Source: Eledone cirrhosa (lineage: Eukaryota). From it: a DNA stretch of 64,000 nucleotides. This document shows positions 1-14,576 of this stretch, piece by piece (position 1 is the first letter of the stretch; every line of letters begins with the position of its first letter). The DNA lies in contig CAXHJY010000020.1 of NCBI GenBank assembly GCA_964016885.1, positions 1 through 64,000 on the forward strand. Direction: 5' to 3'. The translations under genes and the position numbers were made by a program. The notes beneath the pieces were generated by a model. The model saw only the letters and a program-made list of their open reading frames with translations, was not told the origin of the DNA and searched no databases.

Positions 1-344
1 ACAACAGCAAAAACAATATCACCAATACCACCGCCACCACCACCGACAACAACAACAAGAACAACAGCAACAGTAACAATACCACCACCGAGAACAAGAA
101 CAACAACAACAACAACCCCATCACCACCACCAACAACAACAACAACAGCAACAGCAACAACAACAAAAAAGCTATGCACGTAGATAAGGGAAGATAGACG
201 AACGGTGGTGGGAAATTTACCTGCATCTACACAAACATAAATACAACATATGTACAGACAACCTTTCCACCACAGGAACGCTTGGAGGAGAAAGAAGACA
301 TAAAGACGTATACATGTATAATCACATACATACATACATGCACA

Positions 345-800
345 CATGGTGGCTGCCAACTCGTTTTCGAGTACGGCCACTACTTTATATCCATGTAGGA
401 GAACCCCTACCGATGCGCTGAACGAGTGTGACTTTTTAGTCCAGCCAACGACTTGAAAACTCTGGTACAAACACTACACCTGTGACAATTATTGACACAT
501 AGTGCTGGGCCCATGGTACCATGTGACAATAAGTGCAGAGAGATCTCCAGATATAAAGCAATGCCTGTGCCGTGAAGCTTTTATAGTGAGCAAAGGCACT
601 GCACAAAGCCAGTCCCACTCTCTTAACCAAGATGATATTTACCAAAAAGAAGAACAAGTCAACATCATTGGATACTATCAGGATTGCAGGTGTTATATCA
701 GAGTTTTCCTTCTCCTAGAATTCTGCCTTGACAAAGGCTAAGGGGTCATCTCTCCCGGTGATTTAGGATGGCCATTGACTCTTAAGAGCTCCTTTGCCCT
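345..800. mobile_element. Degenerate interspersed repeat, possibly RTE-related non-autonomous element next to (CATA)n
   Basis: Starts (CATA)n-ATGGTGGCTGC. Similar starts at 861 (ATGATGGCTGC) and 62496 (ATGATGGCTGCCCCCTCGTTATCGAGTATGGCCA). Segment 590-675 resembles 1010-1086. RTE assignment is inference. Confidence 0.35.
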
Positions 801-1328
801 TTGCACACATACATATATACATACATACATACATGCACACATACATATATACATACATACATGATGGCTGCAAACTCTGCTAAGAGTATTGCAATCGCTT
901 GTCAGATTATAGAAAATGGTGCACTTTTAGGTTATGGCCAGCCACAAGAACCTGTAACAGATCCTGAACAAGGAATACCTGTGCTTTGAATGTTTTTTAA
1001 AGTGGGGAAAGGCCTTGCACTCGACCAATCCCACTCTCTGAACATCGAAAACTTGAAAAGGAAAACTAGTCAATATCATCGGATACTTATATTTATTTAT
1101 TTATATACGTTTATTTAATTATTTATTTATTTGTATACACGCACACACACATTTTTATATGTGCGTGGTTTTGTATACCTACGGCGAGTGTTTTCGCGTA
1201 TGCTTGTGTATGTACGTATTTGGACGCGTGTATGTATTTATTTCATTTCAATTACCTCTGTATTGTATTTTATTTACTTTATTCTTAACTCTGAAGCGGA
1301 GAATCATTCGGTTTCCTAGTTAGAATTT

Positions 1329-1600
1329 TAGTCTACGACTTCAGCTATACCATTTACGTGGTTTTGTCTTTGCGTGCAATTGTTCTCCACGCTCCACATA
1401 TGACGTATTATCTTCGTTTTTTTCGTTCATTGCCAGAGAACGTCTCTATGAACCACCTAAGAGAACATTAGTCTACGACTTCTTTTATACCATAAACGTG
1501 GTCCTGTCTTTGCGTGTAATTGTTTTTCACCGCTCCAAATAATGACGTATTATATTCGTTTTTTCCCGTTCTTTGCCAGGGAACGTTTCCACGAACCAAA
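1329..1600. repeat. Two-copy tandem duplication (~140 bp units) upstream of a decayed HHR-like motif
   Basis: TTAGTCTACGACTTC...TATACCAT..ACGTGGT..TGTCTTTGCGTG...TGACGTATTAT occurs at ~1329 and ~1468. Confidence 0.8.
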
Positions 1601-1742
1601 GTATCGTCTTCCTGTCTTCCTCCGGTTGCAACGTTTTTTGAAATATCCAGTTCTGCGTTTACAGATTGACTTTGTTAGTTTCAGAAGATCCTGTTAAGGG
1701 TGAAAGCAGCGATTCTTTGCTTAAACTTTAATCTGTTATTTT

Positions 1743-1810
<68 letters not shown>

Positions 1811-1816
1811 CATTTA

Positions 1817-1866
<50 letters not shown>

Positions 1867-1915
1867 CATTCATACATATATGATATATGTATATATATAT
1901 ATTATATATGTACAT

Positions 1916-1951
<36 letters not shown>

Positions 1952-2059
1952 TTATATCCAGATCACTAGCGAGTATGTGTGTATAGATACCCACATTTGA
2001 CACGTACATCCCGCCAAACGCCAGTAAAACTAAAACAATATCCAATGTATTTCTCAGTG

Positions 2060-2960
2060 CAAGCATTCACTATATAATCTACAAGCATTCGCTATATAAT
2101 CTACAAGTATTCGCTATATAATCTACAAGTATTCGCTATATAATCTACAAGTATTCGCTATATAATCTACAACTATTCGCTATATAATCTACAAGTATTC
2201 ACTATATAATCTACAAGCATTCGCTATATAATCTACAAGTATTCGCTATATAATCTACAAGTATTCGCTATATAATCTACAAGTATTCGCTATATAATCT
2301 ACAAGTATTCGCTATATAATCTACAAGTATTCACTATATAATCTACAAGTATTCGCTATATAATCTACAAGCATTCGCTATATAATCTACAAGTATTCGC
2401 TATATAATCTACAACTATTCGCTATATAATCTACAAGTATTCGCTATTTAATCTACAAGTATTCGCTATATAATCTACAAGTATTCGCTATATAATCTAC
2501 AAGTATTCGCTATATAATCTACAAGTATTTGCTATATAATCTACAAGTATTCAATATATAGTCTACAAGTATTCGCTATATAATCTACAACTATTCGCTA
2601 TATAATCTACAAGTATTCGCTATATAATCTACAAGTATTCGCTATATAATCTACAAGTATTCACTATATAATCTACAAGTATTCACTATATAATCTACAA
2701 GTATTCACTATATAATCTACAAGTATTCGCTATATAATCTACAAGTATTCGCTATATAATCTACAAGTATTCGCTATATAATCTACAAGTCTTCGCTATA
2801 TCATCTACAAGTATTCGCTGTATAATCTACAAGTATTCACTATATAATCTACAAGTATTCGCTATATAATCTACAAGTATTCGCTATATAATCTACAAGT
2901 ATTCGCTATATAATCTACAAGTCTTCGCTATATCATCTACAAGTATTCGCTGTATAATCT
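2060..2960. repeat. 22-bp minisatellite (TATAATCTACAAGTATTCGCTA)n, ~40 copies
   Basis: CTAC recurs every 22 bp (2101, 2123...); units highly homogeneous. Confidence 0.97.
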
Positions 2961-3406
2961 GTAAGAGTTTACGTCATAGTCTATCTCCTTCCTACACTTC
3001 TTCCTTTCTTTCTTTCTTTGCATAGCTCACACTACCTTTAAACTAATCGTGACATAATTTCAGCACCCCCTCTTTCTTCTCTCCTCCCCCCATTCCTTTC
3101 GTCACAGTATCAACACCTCTGCCCGCCACTCATCTCACCACGTCATCCCAAAATAAAAAAAAACCTAAATAAATACGTAAATAAAATAGTCGAATGAATC
3201 AATAGACCTTAGGCAGTATGGAATGGATGCGTGTATGTATGCATGTACACACACGCACTCCCACACGCATATACACACACGTGCACACACATACATACAC
3301 ATACATACACACACATACAAACACACACATATATATATATATATAACATATATATAAAACATGTACATATGTATAACTACATATAGCTATAAATATATAT
3401 ATCTAA

Positions 3407-3456
<50 letters not shown>

Positions 3457-3542
3457 ACACATACACAATATTTTTTTCTTGAAAATTGTGAAATCAAGAA
3501 CGAAATAGCATTACAGATTCATTACTGGGATAATACATACAC

Positions 3543-3593
<51 letters not shown>

Positions 3594-4088
3594 TCTTTCC
3601 ATTCAAAACTGAAATCTGCCTTCCTCTACCCCTAAATTAAAGTTCCATTACTACTATTCTACCATCTTGACCACTTACTACCTTTCTATTGGTCAATTCA
3701 AAACCTGTTCCCAAACAGACCTATTATATTAAATTTTTGTTGGTTTTTTTCAATAAACAAATATCATTATTTCTGAAGACAGCATATATATGTGTAGGTA
3801 TGTATATTCCCTCTGATAGTTTGTAAAAATTTTACATAGATCTATATGATATACATACCAACACACACATATATATCCCAGAAACGATCGTAAAATGATG
3901 AATTTTTTAATATAAGGAACTGTTTCTTTGTTTTTATTCATTATTTTTATTAATTTATCTTGACTCTGTTTTCCTGTGTTTTGCATCGAAAACACTTTTT
4001 GAATACATCTTCTCTTTTCATGATATTCGGATTACATTGAGTTCTTCATACGGATTGGACACTACCGTACATTTTGGTAGATTTATCT

Positions 4089-4153
<65 letters not shown>

Positions 4154-4302
4154 CATATATATGTGTGTATTAGTGTGTGTTTGTGTGAGTATGTAGCTGT
4201 AACGAAACAGTATTATAGCTTTATTGCTGGGATATATCACCATATTTATGTCCGACGCCCATTTTAACAATATTATAAACAATCAGTAATGATAGCACAC
4301 AG

Positions 4303-4334
<32 letters not shown>

Positions 4335-5000
4335 ACACACACACACACACACACGCATATACACACGCCCACACATACAGAGACTGACTGACACACACAC
4401 ACACACACACGCACACACACTCACACATACATGTATTCATGTATATATATACAGTAAGTAAATTGTTTAGGGAATTCTAAATACTAACAAGGAACTAAAA
4501 CTCTGTGTATATTTTATGATGACTAATCAAGCAACTGGAATCTCTTCTCCAATTTTTCAGTGCATCAATCTTCACAGAAATAATTAGATTGTTTGCCGTG
4601 TAAAGCCAGTACATTCGTGCTTTTAAGATCTTTCTTGAAGGTCCCAGCACGTTTTGTTTTTGTTGTTGGTACTCTTCTTAAGAAAACCTGGACTATAATT
4701 CTCAGAATTACCTGACTATATGTCTATAAGTCTATAAGACTATATGTCTATAAGTATTACGTGTACTATGTCTATAAGAGGTATTAGCCTGAAATAATTA
4801 TTAACATGAAATTGTTGCTAATTCGGCTACGACTGTTTGCTGACTGAAGTACAGTACAGTTAGTTATCGACCAGACTAGAGCAATTGCAATCTGTACTGT
4901 AGTTGTTTGTAGTTGCTAAAGTGAATTAATAAAGTCATTTGTTTGTATGAAATGTTTAAAAAATGTTTGTCGCTGAGTCATATATAAATATTCGTATTAA

Positions 5001-5062
<62 letters not shown>

Positions 5063-5211
5063 ATGCTTTGGGAGGATTATGTTGCCAATAAGAAACACAC
5101 GCACCAGTTGTTTCATTCCAATTTATTATATATTAAATTTATAAATTTAAGAATTTATAAATTTCCGGTTGGTTGGTTGGTTGGTACCACAACCAGACGA
5201 TTGTTCATATA

Positions 5212-5256
5212 TTGTCAAAGTTCTTTCGTCACACATTCTGTGACCTCTTCAGTGAC
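5212..5256 (-). ncRNA. Type I hammerhead ribozyme motif (minimal)
   Basis: Minus strand reads gtca-CTGAAGA-g-GTCACA-gaatg-TGTGAC-GAAA-gaa-CTT-tgac: both core boxes, 6-bp stem II, 4-bp stem I (gtca/tgac), very short stem III. Confidence 0.7.
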
Positions 5257-5749
5257 TGGGATTCTTTTCTTTGTTGTTGTGCCTTTCCTTTGTTCTGTCC
5301 TACGCCATCTTGTTTTTGTGTGTGTTATGTGCTTAGTTTGCGCATGTGTTACATCCGGGTGTCTGTATGTGTTTGTATTTGTTTATTTATTTGTTTATTA
5401 TATTTGTTTATTATATTTGTTTATTATATATATATAATATATAATATATATATATTATATATAATATATATATATAATATATATATTATATATATATAAT
5501 ATATATATATATATAATATATATATATAATATATATATTATATATATATAATATATATATATATAATATATATATATATATATAATATATATATATAATA
5601 TATATATATAATATATATATAATATATATATATAATATATATATATAATATATATATATAATATATATATATAATATATATATATAATATATATATATAA
5701 TATATATATAAAATATATATATAATATATATATAATATATATATATAAT

Positions 5750-5935
5750 ATAGGAGGTGAGATTTATTGTAACACAATAAAGCTATGCAAATATCGGATA
5801 AGTAGCACTCAACAGTTTTTAGGACTGGAGTATAAATAATATAAAATCAAAAGATGGTTAAAAGAGCTCCATGTATTTTGAAATGCGCATAATAAAATAC
5901 ATGGAACTCTTTAACCATCTTTTGATTTTATATTA
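5750..5935. mobile_element. PLE-like terminal fragment with inverted duplication (family B), HHR 5' core lost
   Basis: 5750-5880 is the reverse complement of ~48325-48450. 5835-5935 is an inverted repeat around GAAATGCGCATA. Flanked by (AT)n. Confidence 0.7.
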
Positions 5936-6199
5936 TATATAATATATATATATAATATATATAACACATATATATATAATATATATATATATAATATATA
6001 TATATATAATATATATATTATATATATATAATATATATATTATATATATATATAATATATATATTATATATATATATAATATATATATTATATATATATT
6101 ATATATATATATATATATGATGTATATATAATATATATATAATATCTATATATATAATATATATATATATAATATATATATAACATATATATATATATA

Positions 6200-6340
6200 C
6201 AATATATTATTAAATGGAAACTATATTTATAAAACCATATTTATTTTATTTATATATTTCAAGCGCAACCAAGGCAAATTATGGTGCGCTTTCATCAGAT
6301 AAAATACAGATTTGTTTTATAAATAAATATTGACATACCC
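6200..6340 (-). mobile_element. PLE-like terminus (family A) carrying an HHR motif at ~6245-6307
   Basis: Minus strand tattttat-CTGATGA-AAGCGCACCA-taatttgcct-TGGTTGCGCTT-GAAA-tatata. Homologous to 35174-35312 and 33535-33640. Confidence 0.75.
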
Positions 6341-7690
6341 GGAAAAAAGACAATTTTAATGGTTTTGGAGCCTCCAGGATAGTGGAGATAATATTTTATT
6401 GAGGGTAATACAACGTTATGTGTGAGTATGCAAATGAGTGTCCGAAAAGTTGAAAAGATAACGGTTTATTTAAATTAAACAGTTGGAAGAAGATGATATG
6501 TAAGTGAGAGAGAAAAGAAAAGGAAGGAGAAAGAGAGAAGTAGAAAGAAAGAACGATTATACATAGTGATAGTGAAGATAGTCAGAGTGAACGAAGAAAT
6601 AAATTTTAATGGAAAAATATACAGAGCGTAAATATATGTAAGTGAAAGAAGAAGTGAAAGAAGAAATAAGATTAACGTGGAAGAATAATATTTAGAATGT
6701 AGGGTTCATTACGTTGTGATTATAATATTTATAATGTTAAGTTTAAAAAATTAAATAAAAATTAAATATTCAAAATCAAAATTAAAGATTAAAATTTACC
6801 TTAATATTAAAAATTTAATTTAATATTAATATTAAAAATTAAAATTAAAATTAAAACAAGTATTTATATTATATTAAGATGTATTAGTAATAATATATTG
6901 GTTTAGATGTGTATGTTATGGATTATAAATTATTTAAATAAATATATAGTATTTTACATTAGAGAAAATCTAGTATAGTTTATTTTATTAAAGTAAGTTT
7001 GGCAAAATTATATTTATTAATATTTGTAATTCAAAACTTAAACATCCAAATAATTCTAAATTTATGAAAATTTACGAGAGTTTACAATGGAATAACTACT
7101 TAATTATATTATAAAATCAGTAAGGAAGTATAAAGGAAGTTAGAAGTGATTTTTCAAGAACTCAAATGACTACATTGATACATAAAAAAAGCCTTCAAAA
7201 AAATTTTTTTTTTAAATTTGAAAAAATTTTTTTTATGAGAGGTCATAAATGTTATAAAGTTAAAAAATGTTATCTTAAGAATATAATTAAAACATAAACC
7301 ATATGTTATTTTATAAGAAGTCATAAATTTATCTTACGAATATAATTAAAACATAAACCATAGGTTATTTTATAAGAAGTCATAATTGTTATAAAGTTAA
7401 AAAAATTTATCTTAAGAATATAGTTAAAACATAAACCATAGGTTATTCCACACATATATATAAAAATCATATGTTATTCACATATATATAAATATTTGGA
7501 TATATATTAAAAATGTTTGAAGATATAAAATATTGGAAGATATGAATACAATGGTTTTTCTATATCTTTCAAGGAACTTTCAAAGAATTTTCTAAAATCT
7601 TCAGAAAGTCTTACGAGGAAAATTTTCTTAAAAGAATTTCAAGTAGTCATATAAAAAAAAATATTTATATATTATATTTATATATATTTA

Positions 7691-7739
<49 letters not shown>

Positions 7740-8487
7740 TATATTTATATATATATTATATTTATATATATATATTATATTTATATATATATATTATATT
7801 TATATATATATATTATATTTATATATATATATTATATTTATATATATATATTATATTTATAGATATATATTATATTTATACATATATATATATTATATTT
7901 ATATATATATATATTATATTTATATATATATATTATATTTATATATATATATTATATATATACATATATATTATATTTATATATATATTATATTTATATT
8001 ATATTTATACATATATATATATTATATTTATATATATATATTATATTTATAGATATATATTATATTTATACATATATATATATTATATTTATATATATAT
8101 ATATTATATTTATATATATATATTATATTTATATATATATATTATATATATACATATATATTATATTTATATATATATTATATTTATATATATATATATT
8201 ATATTTATATATATATATTATATTTATATATATATATAGTATATATATATATTATATTATATATATATATTATATACATATATTATATCTATATATATTA
8301 TATATATATATTATATATATTATATATATATATATATTATATATATTATATATATATATTATATATATATATATTATATATATATATTATATATATATTA
8401 TATTATATATATATATATTATATATATATTTTATTTATATATATATATTTTATTTATATATATTATATTTATATATATTATATATAT

Positions 8488-8575
8488 TGCCTTTCATCCT
8501 TACGGGGTCGATAAAATAAAGTACCAGTAATGTACTGGGTAATTGCTGGCCTTGTGCCAAAAGTAGAAACAATTA
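8488..8575 (+). mobile_element. 5'-truncated tRNA-headed SINE
   Basis: Core GCCTTTCATCCTTACGGGGTCGATAAAATAAAGTACCAGT plus 3' end GGCCTTGTGCCAAAAGTAGAAACAATT. Confidence 0.85.
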
Positions 8576-9584
8576 TATATTTATATATACATATATATAT
8601 ATAATATATATAAATATAATATATATATATTATATATATTTTATATTTATATATATTATATATATTTTATATTTATATATATTATATATATAATATATAT
8701 ATATATATATTATATATATATATATTACATTTATATATATTATATATATATTATATTTATATATATTATATATATATTATATATATATATTATATATATA
8801 TAATATATATATTATATATATATTATATATATATATTATATATATATTATATTACTCTTTTACTTGTTTCAGCCATCCGGCTGAGGCCATATATATTATA
8901 TTTATATATATTATATATATTATATTTATTTATATTTATATTTATTTATATTTATATATTATATTTATATATATTATATATATATTATATATATATTATA
9001 TATATATATTATATTTATATATATTATATATATATTATATATATATTATATATATATAAGGGGTCGATAAAATAAAGTACCAGTAATGTGCCAAAAGTAG
9101 TATTAATTATTTTATCCCTTCATATACTTCTTTTGTTGTTAGAAGTAACAGTGTATATTATATTTATATATATTATATATATATTATATATTATATATAT
9201 TATATATATATTATATATATATATTATATATATATAATATATATATTATATATATATTATATATATATATTATATATATATTATATTACTCTTTTACCTG
9301 TTTCAGCCATCCGGCTGAGGCCATATATATTATATTTATATATATTATATATATTATATTTATTTTTATTTATATTTATATATTATATTTATATATATAT
9401 TATATATATATATTATATTTATATATATTATATATATATTATATATATATATATTATATATATATAAGGGGTCGATAAAATAAAGTACCAGTAATGTGCC
9501 AAAAGTAGTATTAATTATTTTATCCCTTCATATACTTCTTTTGTTGTTAGAAGTAACAGTGTATCTTTCGGGAGCTATCGGTAT

Positions 9585-10425
9585 TAATCCTATATTACGT
9601 GGGTTTATCTTCTCCATATATTGCGTGGAGTTATCCTCTCCATATTTTGCGTGGGTTTATCATCTTCAAAAGTCAGCTCGAAAGTAACACAGACGAGACT
9701 GAGGTTAGCTGGACATGCTCACCGACATCCAGAGTTGACACTGCACTCAGTCATCCTGTGGAGCCCCTGCACGGACACACTAGAAGAGAGAGACCGAGGT
9801 TGACATATGTTGATGCCCTAAGGACAGACACTGGTCTCTTGGAGACGCAGGACATGGCAGCGATAATAAGGCTAAGAGACCGCTGGAGAGAATTTGTCCA
9901 TGGATCTCGGGAATTTTACCCGCCCTAGATAGATAGATATCTTCATATATTGCGTGGGTTTATCCTCTCTATATATTGCGTGGGTTTGTCCTCTCCATAT
10001 ATTGCGTGGGTTTGTCCTCTCCATATATTGCGTGGGTTTACCCTCTCCATGTATTGAGTGGGTTTAACCTCTCCATATATCACGTGGGTTTAACCTCTCC
10101 ATATACCACGTGGGTTTATCCTCTCCATATATGGCGTGAGTTTATCTTCTTCATATATTGCGCGTAGTTATCCTCTCCATATATCGCGTGGGTTAATCCT
10201 CTCCATATATTGCGTGGGTTAATCCTCTCCATATATTGCATGGGTTAATCCTCTCCATATATTGCTTGGAGTTATTCTCTCCATATATTGTGCGGGTCTA
10301 TCCTCTTCATATAATGCGTCGGTTCACCTCCTTCATATATTGCGTGGGTTTATCTTCTCTATGTATTGTGTGGTCTTATCCTCTCCATATATCACGTGGT
10401 TTTTACCTCCTTCATATATTGCGTT
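9585..10425. repeat. 26-bp minisatellite (ATTGCGTGGGTTTATCCTCTCCATAT)n interrupted by a LINE fragment
   Basis: TGCG recurs at 9951, 9977...; same units on both sides of the insertion. Confidence 0.95.
9668..9939 (+). mobile_element. RTE-like LINE 3' fragment with (TAGA)n tail
   Basis: Frameshifted peptide RLRLAGHAHRHPE...ILW / RRERPRLTYVDALRTDTG...RDRWRE is typical of an RTE C-terminus. ATCTTCA on both sides is a candidate TSD. Confidence 0.8.
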
Positions 10426-10711
10426 CGTTTTTATGCTCCAATTCATACATGATTGCTTATCCTTACGAGTATCTATATCAAAGAATATAGCTTTTTAATA
10501 TCTTTTTTGGAAATATTTCTAACACAGCAGATTTTTTTCGTTTTATTTCTGTTTGTTTCTACTCTTGTTGCAACAATCTGCTGGGTTTTCTCAACCTCCA
10601 TTTTGTACCCGACACCACAGGATAATAATGATGATGATGATAATAATAATTGCTTCTACCTTTGGCACAAGGCCAGCAATTATCCCAGTGCATTACTGGT
10701 ACTTTATGATG

Positions 10712-10749
<38 letters not shown>

Positions 10750-10910
10750 TTTGGAAATCTTCAAAGGGCATGTCTACTGAGAACAGCGAGGACCATCTAA
10801 TACGCCCCGAATAACATCTGAGGCTGCAGGTAGCGGCTTGATATTCATTTGTGCAAATTTTCCAGTTATATAACATCAATGACTGAGATATCAAATTCAT
10901 AATAATAATA
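10750..10910 (+). mobile_element. 3' end of an RLE-type (R4/Dong-like) LINE in (AAT)n
   Basis: Encodes GNLQRACLLRTARTI, like VQKACLLGSARTI at 29870; followed by a short 3' UTR and (AAT)n. Confidence 0.6.
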
Positions 10911-11079
10911 CGAAGAAGAATAATAGTAATAAGAAGAAGCTAGCCTAATTTGAAAGGTATTAGATATTAGATACCATGACGTTATTTCCTTCTCTTCAGT
11001 TTATATCTAAGACCACTGGATGTGGTCCACTATCTTGACTAAACCAGGAATTAAGATCAATTCTGAGGGAGGACATGAT

Positions 11080-11265
11080 AATAATAATTGTTTCTACCTT
11101 TGGCACAAGGCCAGCAATCATCCCAGTACATTACTGGTACTTTATTTTATCGTCCCCGTAAAGATGAAAGGCAAAGTTAACCTCGGCAGGATTTGAACTC
11201 AGACTGTAAAGGGCCGCAACTCTATGCTGAAAAGCACGGCGTCCGACCCTCTACCGATACTGCCA

Positions 11266-11266
<1 letters not shown>
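11080..11266 (-). mobile_element. tRNA-headed SINE, near full length (short subtype)
   Basis: A-box-like TGGCAGTATCGG, B-box-like GAGTTCAAATCC, conserved core, (AAT)n flanks. Confidence 0.9.
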
Positions 11267-11299
<33 letters not shown>

Positions 11300-11303
<4 letters not shown>

Positions 11304-11516
11304 TTTCTAGTATAGGCACAGGCCAGTAATTTGGGGGGGGGGGGAGGGGGAAAGTCGATTAAATCGACCCCAGTACGTGACTGGTACTTCATTTTATCGA
11401 CCCCGTAAGGATGAAAGGCAAAGTTAACCTCGGCTGGATTTGAACTCAGGCCATAAATGGCCACAACTCTATGCTGCAAAGCATGGTGTCTGACGCTCTA
11501 CCGATACTGCCAAACT
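11300..11516 (-). mobile_element. tRNA-headed SINE (long subtype with GTCGATTTAATCGAC-polyC segment)
   Basis: Same head and core with an extra hairpin plus C-run before the 3' end. Confidence 0.9.
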
Positions 11517-11829
11517 ACCAATATTGTACACAGACAGGAGGAGTCTATGCTCTTCCATCCACACAAACACAAAGTACACAATGCTGCAGACACCTCTGTA
11601 ACATGGAGGTGCACCAGATATTGTAGGTTAAACTCGTACAAAACTATCGAAGGAATAATAATATGATTATAATTAAAAATCTCAATAATAGCTGAAAAAT
11701 AAAATAAATTAAAAACATTTTTTAAAAGCACAAAATTAATTGCAAAGCAAAAAAAAAATGATAATAAAATAAACAAAACAAAACAAATAAGCCAACTAAA
11801 TGAACTAAATATTGATTTTAAAAAAGCAA

Positions 11830-12420
11830 ATGGACAGGTAAAAATAGATGAAAAAGGACAGTTAAAAAGACATTAAAAAAAGACTACAATTGGACAAGCA
11901 AAACTGAAAATAAACAGGTAATAATTGAGAAAAGACGTAAAAATAACAAAGGACTGTTAAAAGTAGATGCTGTTAAAAAATGCAATAAACAGAAAATTGA
12001 CAGGTAAACGGTAAAAATTGGAAAAAGAAGAGTAAACAGAAAATTGACAGTTAAAACTAGAATATGGACAGGTAAAATTAGAAGGAGAGTAAACAGAAAA
12101 TTGACAGGTAAAACTAGGAAATGGACAGGTAAAATTAGGAAATGGACAGTAAACAATAAATTGACAGGTAAAACTAGAAAAAGGAGAGTAAACAGAAAAT
12201 GGACAGGTAAAATTTAAAAAATTCAGGTAAAGTTAGAAAAGACACGGGTAAAATTAGAAAAGGGACAGGTAAAATTAGAAAAATACAGGTAAAACTAGGA
12301 AAGGGATAGGTAAAGTTAGGAAAGGGACGGGTGAAATTAGAAAAATACAGGTAAAATTAGAAAAGGGGCGGGTAAAATTAGAAAAATAGAGGTAAAGAGT
12401 AAATGGCAAATGGTAAATGA
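11830..12420. repeat. Degenerate ~20-bp purine-rich tandem repeat (AAATGGACAGGTAAAATTAG-like)
   Basis: ACAGGTAAAA(T/C)TAG recurs many times. Confidence 0.8.
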
Positions 12421-12427
12421 AACTAAC

Positions 12428-12610
12428 CTGAACATCTTCAAAGTTGTTGAAAAGTGATCCTTGCGATGGCATCGTTGAGCAACGTTTGCTGTCAACAGTC
12501 GTATAGTCCAAACTTCTTGTGGAAGGAGGCAAAGATTTGGAAACAGAAGAATATTGTATACCATTACTATTGCTTTTAATTTTCACTTCCATATTTACAA
12601 ATTTAGGCAT
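12428..12610 (-). CDS. Candidate first coding exon (61 aa, MPKFVNMEVKIKSNSNGIQY...FNNFEDVQ), product unknown
   Basis: ATG at 12610 in AAAATGC context; 183 nt of non-repetitive open frame; canonical donor CAG|GTTAGT at 12428/12427 (phase 0). No downstream exon identified. Confidence 0.55.
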
Positions 12611-13575
12611 TTTAAAAATTAGAATTTAAATTCTTTCATTAATGGATTATATAATTATTAAATTATTTATTCATAATTAAATCTATTTGGTTTGTTTTTT
12701 GGAAATATATTTTAATTCGATATTAACTAAGTTTGGCATTTTTCTAGTTATATAATTAATTATTAATGGATTGATTCATAGCTGATTGAATTAACTCGAA
12801 TCTATTCAATTAGTTGGAAATTAATTTGTAATCAAATCTGTCTATTGTTTTTCCTTTATATTTTTTCGATTTTAACTTTATCATTGTTTCTAAATATTAA
12901 TTATTATTTAACATTTTAATTAATGCATAATTAAACTATTAAAATAATTATTAATATTTTCTAAATATTAATTATTATTTAATAATATAATTAATCCACA
13001 ATCAAATCTATTTTTTTTTTCAATTAGTTCATCTAAATCTTTTATATTTTTCTTTTTCCTTTTGTTTATTTTACTTTGTAAAAAAACGATAAAAAAAACC
13101 GATAAAATTGTTCGAAAAAATTTGTGACGGGTGGAGCAGTGTCTGCCTTCTGAATTCATCAAAGGCTAACCAACGAGGGGAGGAAAGGCATATAGAAAGT
13201 GTAACAATAATAGAGATGTCCAAATATTATAGATTGGGAACAGGGAAAAGAGTTTAACAAAGGATTCGGGAAAAAATCGGGAAAAATATGAAATTTCAAA
13301 TTTATAAAAATCCGGTTTGAAAACGGATTAAAAAGTTTTGACTTTAAATTATTTCGTGTGTATTTTTGTTGTTTCTTAGTTGTATATATTCTTCGGTTTT
13401 GTGGAATAGGGTGAATTTCTGACAGTAGGATGGTAGTATCCAAGGAGAGATATATTACGATGTATGAGGTATATAATCCGAAGGAACTATGAAATCAGGC
13501 ATCGGAACAAGCTGGTCCAGCCAACGGAACGAGAGTTCCTGTTAGGTCTTCGATGTAGAACTGGTCTTATATATG

Positions 13576-13671
<96 letters not shown>

Positions 13672-13859
13672 TATACACGTGCGTACGAGAAAAAGAGATG
13701 ATCTGTTTATCCGATCCAGACCATATTCACAACTGTTTTATTCGCTGCGGGATTGTTCTTCTGACATGGAGTAACAAAACAAGCACACACATGCACACAC
13801 GTACGCACACTAACACATACGCACACACATATATATATAATTACATCCCAGTGTTGTGT

Positions 13860-13968
<109 letters not shown>

Positions 13969-14200
13969 GAAAAAAACGAGGATATATATATATAGAGAGA
14001 GAAAGAGAAGATGGTTGAACAAAGAAACAAAATAAATTACTAAGTGTGTGTATGTATATATATGAATATACATTATATATTTATATCCATTTATGTGTGT
14101 TTTGTGTCTATATGGATGTATGTGTGTGCACGTGTGTTCTTGTATGCACGTACGAGTATGTATATATGCATTTATGTATATACGTTTTCGTACACACATG

Positions 14201-14234
<34 letters not shown>

Positions 14235-14558
14235 AACATATATATGTAATGTATGTATGTATATATATATATAAGTAGAAGTGCAAATGAGTGATATGAA
14301 GCGATGTGTAAAGATGCAGCAATGTAATGGTGTCTGTCTATTTGTCTGTCTGACTGTATGTCTGTCAGTCTGTCTAAGCAGATTACCGTTTGTTATGTTG
14401 CGTCTGTTAAGAAAAAAATGTGAGTTTGTCTGAAGTAAATAATAATATTTTACTAGATTCCTCTCAACAAACACTCACGCTAATAATATATAAAAGAGAA
14501 TTAAGAAAAAATTAAACTTGTCTTAGTGATGTAGTGAGTAGGAGGGAGGTTATTATTG

Positions 14559-14576
14559 TTGCCATCTAGCGGCCAC
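14559..14576 (-). promoter_or_regulatory. CTCF-like binding motif
   Basis: GTGGCCGCTAGATGGCAA matches the bilaterian CTCF core CC(A/G)CTAG(A/G)TGGC. Confidence 0.45.

Noticed and set aside
2060-2960. CRISPR-like appearance of the 22-, 26- and 40-bp arrays
   Set aside because: Head-to-tail repeats with no unique spacers, no cas genes, and a eukaryotic context
6340-7100. PLE reverse transcriptase / GIY-YIG coding sequence upstream of the family A terminus
   Set aside because: No ORF or recognisable motif found by eye
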